The position numbers and the translations under genes were made by a program. This document shows, one piece after another, positions 52,734-64,000 of a stretch of 64,000 bases of DNA. Every line of letters begins with the position of its first letter. Position 1 is the stretch's first letter. Source of the DNA: Chrysomallon squamiferum (Eukaryota > Animalia > Mollusca); NCBI GenBank assembly GCA_012295275.1, contig CM022679.1, positions 15,314,001 to 15,378,000 on the forward strand. The letters run 5' to 3'. Below the pieces are notes generated by a model. That model was given only the letters and a program-made list of their open reading frames with translations, had not been told where the DNA came from and ran no database searches.

Positions 52734-53432
52734 ATGGCAGAAGAAGCGGTGTTTGGAAAGAACAGACTGACACTTCCTCAACTGTCGTCATACGCGCTGG
52801 ACTCTGAGTCAGATCTAGACCAGTTGATATCGACGTTTAACATCGACAACGGTGACGACTTCGGTCGGAAACTTCAAACTACGCCCCACAAGGCGATCGA
52901 CTTTCTTCCAGAATCTTCATTTTCGTCAACTTCGTTAAATTCCTTTCAGGCAGAAACGTTCGAGTACGAGACTGGCTCCAGATCAACGTTCGACATTCCG
53001 TATTCCGACAGCGACTGCACGCCGAACACGCCGCTGACGCCGTTGAACAAAGGATACACGTACTTCACGTTTCCCGACGTCACCGTTCCCGCCACAGGCA
53101 CTACCAATATTAGCAGCGCAGACGACGTCGAAGTGACGTCTGCTAAAACGATAAAAGGATTAACGAAACCAGCGAAAACGTCTGGAAGCGCCAAACGTCA
53201 GCGGGGGCAGAAACCTGTCACGAAGGACGTCGAGAAGAAGCGAAGACTTGCAGCTAACGCACGCGAGCGACGCAGAATGGAAAGTCTGAACGTCGCCTTC
53301 GACAGACTGCGCGAAGTCGTCCCCTCCACGAGAAACGACACTCAGCTGTCCAAGTACGAAACTTTACAAATGGCACAAACTTACATTATAACTTTGCAGG
53401 AGATTTTAGACAAGGAAACAGAGGCCAGTTGA
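52734..53432 (+). CDS. Atonal/amos-family proneural bHLH transcription factor, 232 aa, intronless
   Basis: First ATG at 52734 (AACATGG). b[61 protein letters not shown] carries the diagnostic atonal-class [13 protein letters not shown] and [11 protein letters not shown]. The exact ortholog (ato/amos/ATOH1/7) cannot be resolved by eye. Confidence 0.95.
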   Translation: MAEEAVFGKNRLTLPQLSSYALDSESDLDQLISTFNIDNGDDFGRKLQTTPHKAIDFLPESSFSSTSLNSFQAETFEYETGSRSTFDIPYSDSDCTPNTPLTPLNKGYTYFTFPDVTVPATGTTNISSADDVEVTSAKTIKGLTKPAKTSGSAKRQRGQKPVTKDVEKKRRLAANARERRRMESLNVAFDRLREVVPSTRNDTQLSKYETLQMAQTYIITLQEILDKETEAS

Positions 53433-56286
53433 TAAGCTTTTTTCAGTTTGTTTTTTCCATTTTTTAAACTTTTTTTTTTTATCATAAACGAAAAGACGGA
53501 ATTCTTATAATTTTATTTCCAGTTTGTTTTCTTTTTCGCCTGTCAATGATGTTTGGGAAATTAAAAAGTAAACGTGTAACTAACTATCTGTGGAGAGGTT
53601 GAACGGTGTTTGGACGAATCTGAATAGCTGGTAACGATCAAAACAAGTTGGTATTTTCTAAAACATGGAATGTGCTTGAATAAACTCAGAATCTGGGGGT
53701 GGAAATCGTTCCATGTCAGAAGTATTTCAACAAGTGAGAAACCAAAATTTAGATATTTTTAAACAAACGAATCATCTACAACATTAGAGTAAACTGAATC
53801 TCTGGAATTGTGTCCAGGATGAGCATCACTGAACAATTAATAAATATCAAAGGTAAATAAAAAGTTCAGTTATCAAAAACGAGGATTTCAAGTAGTTTTC
53901 TAGCATGCAATACAGTTTGTAGATATCAGCATGTTTATTCGACGCTAAGAAGAAGAAACATGTTTTAACATCAGGTTATATTTTATTAAACGAAACATTA
54001 ATTACATTAGTAACACAGAATTCCATGAACTGAAGCTGTTATTCCATGACAAACGTGTTTGAGCAATTAACAGGAAGATAAAAAGTGTTATTTTTTAAAC
54101 GAGGATTTGGCGAAATATCCATTCTCATCTTCACTGAAGAACGGGATTGAGAAACTCTGAATTGTTCAGTTTAACACTAAGTCGTCACGTTCCTAATTAT
54201 TTCGGGCTCTGAAATATTCTTAGCCATAAAACAATATGGACGAACTTGTAAATGTACAATACAAACAGAACTGAAAAGTTGAATATAGGTTTGCTGTGAG
54301 ATGAATGTGTCCTAGATAGTTGGAAGATTAGAAGGAATATGATCTAAAAAAAAAAAAAAAAAAAAAAAAACTGAAAAAAAAAAAAAACAATTGTTCAGGC
54401 TCAAATACTGCACAGATCAAAAAGAAATTTGGACTCAAAATAATTGCGGTTTAATAGATTTTTTGTAAATACTGACTGATTTCATCTCGGGTAAACTTTC
54501 CTGATTTCATCCAGTGCACTTTTGTTTTATCACGCATACTTCATCTGTACATACTTACTTTTATTTATATGTCGCTGATGCATTCACAGACGTTTTGAAT
54601 ATATATATATATATATATACATCTTTCTTATTTCACGTTTTCTTTCTTGTACTGTACACTTACTTTTGTTGTTACTTTTATGGTTTTACTTTTGTTTTTA
54701 TTCGATATTTTGTATAATATACATAGAAAAATTAAACTCTTTTGTCGCTGGGTTTTCTTCTCCTTTTTTTTGTGTTTTTCTATTTGTGTTTTTACTTTTT
54801 TATTATTATTCTTTTAAGAATGTTGTACTTTAAGAACAGCTAAACATAATTTAGAAAATAACAGAATTATAAAATAAATAACAAAATTTTATTTTTGATT
54901 TGTATGTTGTTACTTATTTAATATTATATCTATAATAACACAGATATCAACTGATTCTGCTTCTACTACTGCTACTGCTAAAAATAATAATAATTATTTA
55001 TTATTATTATTTTGTTGTTGTTGCTGTTGTTGTTATTGCCACTTTTCAGTATTATTACTACTAATATTACTATTATATTAATAGTGATGGTATGTATGAT
55101 GAAGGTGTTAATAGTAGTAGTAGTTACATCAGCAGTACCAGTGAACAAGTAGTAACAGGAGCAACTGGTAGTGGTAGTGAAAGCTGAAGTAACTGTAACA
55201 GTTTCCTGTAGACCAGTATTGGTCAAATTGTGACTTACGGGCCATTAGCAAGTCTTTAAAATTTAGTAATTGCCCGTGGAAAATGTTGGCATGTGTATTG
55301 TTGGCCGTTTTTGTTGTATTAGTATAAATTTAGATATGTATGAAACTTTAGACATGTAAAGTTTATCGTATATATATAGCTCTTACGCAAAGCAAGTCTG
55401 AGCCTTGATCGAGACTGCGATAATGAGTAAATTGAAAACATGCGACATCACGACAACGTATAATTAAGTTGTGAAATTTATGACGACACCATATGTCTTC
55501 TGACGCCAAGACAGATAGAGAGAGAGAGGGTGGTGGTGGGAGGGGGCAAATAGAAGAAAAAAAAAAGAAGGTAATATCCCCTTATAGCTCTATAGTTTAA
55601 ATGTTAATAACTATTATTAAAATAAAATAAATTATAAATTTAAAAAAATATTAACGGGAGTTTTCAGACAGTTAAATGCAGCATGATGCCAAGTGAACAC
55701 AAACGCTCTGGTGGCTGTTTAACGAGATACAAAAGACTGTGTTGCATAATGCACAGCTGCCAAATGAAACGTGAATGTCGACAAAGGTGGAAAATCAGCA
55801 TACCTTAACACACAGACCTCCGCCCCCGTTTGCATCTGTCGCCTGAGGGTATTTCCAGACGTAATCGTCCGGGCGGTGCTGACACCACCTCGTTTGTTAT
55901 TCTCGAGGTAGCAAACAAGATGATCTGGAGGTAAAAGATAGCTCATAATCAACGTACGGTAGGCGAAATCGACCCTCCACTGCTTACTGTTTCTGCAATG
56001 ATCCTAAGGTTATTAGATACGGGGCTTTTTTTAAAGTTGATACTACAGCATCTGTCTTGAAAACGAATAAAATCTTTTACTAACATTTGTATGTTTATGA
56101 TGACTGTAATTTTTTTTCTTCTTTTTTTAAAGTTTAAAAAAAACAGAACAATGGAGAAGTAACATAAAACTTTAATTTATAGTTATTGTAGTTATTAAAG
56201 TTTACAATAGTAAAACAAAGGAACGCCCGTTCACATATGTTCTAAATGTGAAATATTTCGGTTAACTATATTTACATAAAACAACA

Positions 56287-56379
<93 letters not shown>

Positions 56380-57038
56380 ACAGTTGAGTGAGTAAGTAAG
56401 TTAGTAAATACATAAAAGTTATAATCACGTGCAGTCCCACAAAAAACTCCCCCAATGAACAAATTATTAAAATAAAAATAATAATAAATATATAAATAAA
56501 TAAATAAATAATTAAAAAAGAAGAAAAAAAGAAGAAAAAAGAAGAAGAAAAGAAGTTATATTTAATAAATAAATAAAAGACAAACGACTTGTTTTTGACT
56601 TTAGGCAGTTTCACTAATACTGTTCTGAAACAAGAGGCTAAACGTTGTGTAGCAAAAAAAAGAGTCACTTTTAAGATTATCACGTTTAAAAATGTGGTTT
56701 TCCGTCCACCAGCTGCGATTTACTTATTTCCTGACTTATTGTCGTGGCCTAATGTGTTTGCATTAACACTTTAACACGATCGTTTTCTTTGTTTACTTTT
56801 AAAAGACGATACGAGATTAACTTTCAAAATCTGAAAATTTATGGTCGGTTTTTCATCATTAAAAAAGCTTGAAAGCGAGTATTTAGTGTCGTTCGTTCGT
56901 TTGTGTGTTTTTATCATGGCTCGTTTTAAACGCTATAATCCGACCTCGTGAAACAATTGAGATTATCACGTTTATGAGCTTAAGAACGAACATGTAGACC
57001 CGATGTCGCCTCATTATGTCACAGTACACAATACGTGG

Positions 57039-57163
<125 letters not shown>

Positions 57164-57239
57164 TAAGAAACTCTAAACATGATTAATTGAAATAAATACA
57201 TTAATTATACAAAGACACACACACATACATGGTATATAT

Positions 57240-57925
<686 letters not shown>

Positions 57926-59330
57926 TCATTTCCTCTCTCTGTCACTTGCTGTCTTTCTCTCTTTGTTTCTTTCTCGGTATCTGCCTCTCTCTCGTTTTCA
58001 CACTCTTTTTATATATATTCATAAATTGTGTAAAATTATTAAATCAAATATTTTACAGAAATATAAATGAAATCGACTTATACTTACGAGAAAAATGTGG
58101 ATGGGGAGAGTATTAATAAAATGACATATGTATGCATGTATGTATATTTGTTTATGTATGTATGTATGTGTGTGTGTATGTATGTATGTATGTATGTATG
58201 TATGTATGTATGTATGTATGTATGTATGTATGTATGTATGTATGTATGTATGTATGTATGTGTGTGTGTTTATGTATATATTTTCAATGCCTGTATGTAC
58301 GCACGTAACGTATATCACATACGATTTTTTAAAACCTCCGACAAAAAATAAATATTTTTTAAAATAATAAGCTGTGTTATCAGTTTTATCACAATTATAT
58401 TCTTCAATCAGATTTGAAAACCTATTTAGCGCACGTGAGGGCATTAGCAGACGAAACTAACAACACGTGCCACGTGATATCAGATGAACGTTTGCTGCCT
58501 GGGATGTGGAATACCCATGCTGAGCTCGTAAGGAGAGTTTCGTGTTTCCACTTTCCAAGGCTGGCTGGAGATTGTCGTCAACACAATACGCTAACTGACC
58601 TATTAAAACAAACCGAAATTTCGTGAAAAGAGAAATGTTATATTTTAATGGCGTAATGTCGTCTGATTCTTTTTATACACGAAATCGTACGAAAGGCTAA
58701 ATTGCCCTCGATCAGTACTGTTTGACGGCAAAATCATAAATAATAAGTTATAAAATGAATTCGTAAGCAATGTGTGTAAGAAAATAACTAAACAAAAAAT
58801 AATGGCTGAATTTATGTATCATGTTTATGTCTTATATACGTGGTCGCGAAAGTACATAAATTTACAAAAGTTACACAGTACGTGTACGTTATGTGTGAAA
58901 TGGTTTTATCTGCAGTACGTATTTGGGATATACTAATTATTTCAACATGGATTTTCGTGCTGAAAGATCTTTGTCGGAGGCTGAGAAAACAGTTCCCTCC
59001 CATTCTGCCTGCAACCCACACAATGCCTACCCACATTTTGTTTACATTCCAGTATGTCTGCACTCAGTTTGCCTATAAAAAATCCCCAGTTAACAGTAAA
59101 ACAATCCCTGTTATGTTTGTATCTCAAAGCATTTTAATAAAATTTTATTATAAAAACAATTACGTTTACAATAAACATAAATGACACGACTGGGGCTCAG
59201 TTGTACAAAGATGACTGTTGCTCTTTATGGTGTTTAATATCAGTCCACGAGCCTTTGATTCCATGATTCTTTGATGTCAGATTAAAGATAAATGTTTATA
59301 TAAAGTTAATGATTACCAGAAATGGCATCT

Positions 59331-59385
<55 letters not shown>

Positions 59386-60295
59386 ATCTACAGAATATGT
59401 TAGTATAACACTGAATTATGGCCTGGTTACAAACATCACAAAAGATAGGTAGCAAGTATTTATGCTGCATTTCGATGGTGATTAATTGTTTGTAGTCAGT
59501 CAGCTACATTTGAAATACACAGAAATTGGATTTGGACGACTGTATGAGCCACATTCTAAACATATTCTACAAAATATGTCATTGTCATGCTATTTCCTAT
59601 ATATATTGAATATTCCACTATTATCTGTGGATCTCATCTTTTCATACTGTAGACAAAATGACTTTAGGTGATATGTTTTTCAGGCATAATGGGAGGACAG
59701 GTGGAGATACTACTACCACTGCTATTAGGACTATTATAACTACTACTACTACTACTATTACTAATACTAATTATAACTACTATTACCGCTGCTGATACTG
59801 CGACTAATATAATTATTATTACTACTATTAATACCATTACTATAATTACTGTTACTGCTGCTACTACAACTACTACTACAACTACTACTCATATTAATAA
59901 TACTAATTACTTCTACTAATAATAATACTATTACTACTACTGCTATTGATGCTATTGTTACCATTTCAGTAGTTATTCAAATATAAATCCGATGCGGGGC
60001 AAATCCGTCTCATACCGACATCTTTTTTCATCTTTTTCAATTTTCCGAATTTTCCCGTTTATAGGATATTCAGTCTTTCAGGAGTTTTTGTAAGATAACT
60101 CAGACTGTATAGCACCTAATTTGCTTCTAAAACTGAAGTAAAGAAATCCATATTTTTACTTCATCATCTTAAATTCTGTGTATTTCTTATCAACTACATA
60201 CTATGAAATATAAGCTGCAGTTATTACTGTTTTCGTTTTTGTAATATTGAAAACAATTAATATTCAATTAATATGCTTTCCTTGTTTCTGGTTCT

Positions 60296-60363
<68 letters not shown>

Positions 60364-62024
60364 TAACAACAATAGTAAATAATGAATAAATAAATAATAA
60401 TATGGTTAAGGTGTGACGCCTAGTCTTGAGAACTAACTTGTTCTTAAACCAAACTTCATAAGGATATGCAGAGTTTACTTTTTTTTTCCTTCAGCACTTC
60501 GAAATTATATTTACTGCATATAATACATATAAAATATACAATAATTAATTTCCGTTTGATCTGTAGAGTCGTATAATATACATTTTTTTATAAAGGTTTT
60601 CTTTCTTTTCTTTTCTTTCTTTCTTTTTTCCTTTTTAAAAAATATTTTTGCAGAATAGAAATCAAGATTTCTCTGTTTTAAAATTCTGTAGATATGGGAA
60701 AATCAACTTCTGATTTTGAACTCGAGCTTATTTTGATGTTTTTACTATAACTACTAAGACGTAAGAAATAAGCTATTACATCCATGTGTGAATAAATATA
60801 CCAGATTGCCAGAAAGTACTAACAGAAATGACTTAGTAAAGTATACAAACACGCACTAAGTTTTCTACATGTCGCCAACAGTGTCTGAAAATGCTTCAAA
60901 ATATAAACAAAACATATCCTTCTTATGAACTGAAATATTTATAAAATTAATTAAAATAAATTTTATGTGCAGACAAAACTTTAGCAAAGGCAACAAAACT
61001 AATAAATAAATAAAAATAGATAAATAAATAAATAAATAAATAAATAAAAGGCTAAATGGGTATCGAAAGAAGAAATGACCCAGCAACACTTCATAGCTTA
61101 ACGATTGCATTACTTAATATAATTAGATAAATAAATACAAGAAAATGAAAAAAAGAAGCCGAATATCAAACATAATTTATTCACCTCTTTAACAGCGTTC
61201 TTTTTTATTTATATCTTTTTATTTTTTGTTCTTTCTTTCTTTCTGCTACTTTTTTTTTTTTTAATTTTCTGTACAAATTTTTTTAATTATTAATTATTTT
61301 ATTATTTTTTTTTTCATCACTTGTAACACTTTTTCTTTATCCGTATTTACTGTGTTACAAAACGCCCCTCAAAAACACGTTGACGAAATGAAACGTAAAC
61401 TTCGATTACCTGATGAAAATTAGTTCGCGTGAAACTTGATAAAAGATTCCCCACTAACAGAAAACATCTCCGACTTTCCGCACGAACCTAAACGTAACCT
61501 AGTTTTCGGTCGCAGGTAGTATAAATAAAACGTTGTCGCTCAAATCCAAAAAAACAAAAAAAAACGGTGTTAGTGGTCAAGTCCAAGTTCCAGTTGCATT
61601 TTGTATAAACACATATCCTTACGCTGCTTCTAATTAGCATGAGCAGACGATATCAAAGTAGGTATTTTTGTTTTGTAATACACAACCAGTTGTCCTGAGG
61701 CAAGAAAGTGACAGAAAGGAATCAACCAAAATTAATTATATACGAACTTTTCAAAGCATATTTTGTGGTTTAAATAATTAATAAACCTGAAAACGGTATC
61801 TGGATTTGTCATGAGGATTGAACATTAAACTTAATATTTGACAATAACTAGCTTACTTTATGTGGAAATGAAGACTTGCGAAGGATATATATAAACAAGG
61901 AATAATTTAAAGTGTGAGAGAAGAAAAAAAATCAGGTGTTTTGTCTAGAAAAACAAGAGACAGAATTTACAAATATAACTTAGAAGCGCGGCCATTTTGA
62001 AATCGTAAATCTGTGTGTTTCAAA

Positions 62025-63322
62025 ATGGTTGCCGGAGACTATAGTATAAACACAGGAAAAGTGAAACTGTTTGGAACTGTAGATTACGTTCTGTTCGCAC
62101 TCACTCTTCTTGTATCATGTGGAATTGGCGTCTTCTTTGCAATCAAAGACAGAAACAGAGTGACCACAAAAAATTATCTTCTGGGAGGTCGAAAGATGGA
62201 TATTTTACCCGTAGCAATGTCGTTGATCGTCACGTTCATGTCGGCGTTAACGTTGCTAGGGACACCAGTGGAAATGTACAACTACAACACCATGTTTTGG
62301 TGGCTTTGCCTCAGTTTTGTTTTGGCTGTGGGTGGGGCCATTCGAGTGTTCACACCTTTTCTTTTTCAGCTTCGTATAACCAGCACATTCGAGGTAAGAA
62401 TTTAAGTAATTCTGATGTCTGTATAAATTTCTTTCCTTTAGATATCAGTTGATCCTTCCGTCCAATTTTAAATCTAAACCAGAACGGGTTTTGAAAGAAA
62501 TAATTAAAAAAAAAAAAAACGCATTTTACAACACCTTTCTGATTTTTTATTTTTTTTATTATCAAATGTATACTGTAGACTTTGAATGTATGAAAATCTA
62601 TATCGCTAAGTTTGTAATTAGGAACCCAAAGTTCAACACATTTAAATTTTAAAACATGAAGCACAAAAAAATTGTGTTAACATCATCCTGTATATGTTAC
62701 CGTCCTTATCCGTAATTAAGAAAAAAAAAAAAAAAAAATGGTTTACTTACAGGGCTTCGGCACAAATGTTCGCTAGCGTTTTATCATAATACTAGCACCT
62801 GTTAACTATACCACAACAGAGTTAGGCCTTCAAATTTTAAAACTTGCTTCCAACGGGTATTGGATAAGGGATAGAAAACCTATAAATATTAAATAAATAA
62901 ATATATAATAAACATAAATAATTTTGCAAAGTAAACAGCTCAAGTATTCAAGTAGAAGTAAACGTACTGTACACAGTAGTGAGTGTTTTCTATCTTGTTA
63001 CACGTTACATTTCAGGCTCCGTTCTTGATTTTAGAAAAAGGTTTTGGACCCATTATTAAGATATTTAGATATTAATTACAAAGAAAATACAATCTGAGTC
63101 AAAAATAAAAAATAAGAATGGAAATAAAAATAAATAAATACAAATATATACAGTAGAATAAATAAATAAGATAAAAAGAAAAAGGAAAACTAAATAAAAT
63201 AAAAATAGTAATAAAAACAATAAGATATTCCAGTCTTCTTTCATTTTTTCTTTTAGTACCTTGAGTTACGATTCAGCAAAAAAGTTCGTGTTTTGGGATC
63301 ATTGATACTTGTCTTTCAGACT
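62025..63322 (+). CDS. SLC5 sodium:solute symporter (SLC5A5/6/8/12-like), first two coding exons; gene continues beyond the window
   Basis: Exon 62025-62393 (FGTVDYVLFALTLLVSCGIGVFFA..YLLGGRKMDILPVAMSLIVTFMSALTLLGTPVEMY..TSTFE, GTAAGA donor) and 66-nt exon 63257-63322 (YLELRFSKKVRVLGSLILVFQT, GTAAGT donor). The motifs match the SMCT/SMVT/NIS subfamily. Confidence 0.93.
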
Positions 63323-63326
63323 GTAA

Positions 63327-63330
<4 letters not shown>

Positions 63331-63415
<85 letters not shown>

Positions 63416-63520
63416 CCTTAATGAAGTTTTTATTGCACATCTTACATTTTTAATGTGAGACAATTTTTATTTGTTATTCTCAAAGCAAAGGAAACACGTT
63501 TTTATACTATTTTTTATTAA

Positions 63521-63565
<45 letters not shown>

Positions 63566-64000
63566 TGGACCAAACGAAACCTGATATTATAATATATGAA
63601 AAGATATACTTTATATAGTTCTCGTGTTATATATTTCTGACCATTTCGAAAAATAAAAAAATAAAACATTTTTTTTCTAAAAAGAAATTCATCTGTATTA
63701 AAATAGAAAAGGGATAATAGATAATTCTTATAATCTTATTGTAATAAGGATAAAACACGTTGAAGCTATGACTTGTTTTTCATGTGCAGTCTTTTTTCGT
63801 GTTAGATACCGCTCAATACTGTTGACATAGATTTTGTGTTTACCTTTGCCTTTTTGTAACAGTGTTAATTTGAGATCATGAACTTTGTCATTGTATTTGC
63901 AGCTGATTTATCTCGCTTTTGTCCTGTATACTCCTTCATTAGCATTATACGCAGGTGAGAACTTCGTCTGTTTACTTATTTACTTTATTATAAGTATAGA
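63331..64000 (-). repeat. Dispersed repeat R2, copy 3 (inverted), in an SLC5 intron directly after exon 2
   Basis: (GA)n then GGAAACCTTAATGAAGTTTTTATTGCACATC..., the reverse complement of 46720-47330. Confidence 0.88.

Noticed and set aside
6690-53432. Functional cluster of atonal (sensory ciliogenesis regulator) with IFT27
   Set aside because: They are 40 kb apart with unrelated genes between, and nothing in the sequence supports co-regulation.

Overview
AT-rich, microsatellite-dense eukaryotic DNA with GT-AG introns, from an invertebrate and probably a mollusc or other lophotrochozoan (inference). Supported genes: an intronless ankyrin-repeat/SOCS-box gene (-), head-to-head with a complete 7-exon IFT27/RABL4 (+); a two-exon AA15-type LPMO with a hydrophobic C-terminal tail (-); an intronless atonal/amos-class bHLH (+); and the first two coding exons of an SLC5 sodium:solute symporter (+). 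The 13-27.6 kb region is a complex local rearrangement. A direct partial IFT27 copy and an inverted partial IFT27 copy are joined by a ~3 kb telomere-like (CCCTAA-derived) satellite, followed by a second copy of the 13.1-16.6 kb segment. That segment holds the best candidate for an undescribed system: an intact two-exon micro-protein gene built from 30-aa DNx(A/G)NQxNPNxP repeats (59 aa with 2 units; 89 aa with 3 units). Both copies keep a perfect kappaB-type palindrome, a TCATGTGA E-box and a TATA-like box. A second candidate is a spliced 63-aa tail-anchored micropeptide at 39.1 kb. All coordinates were read by eye, and repeat boundaries are approximate.
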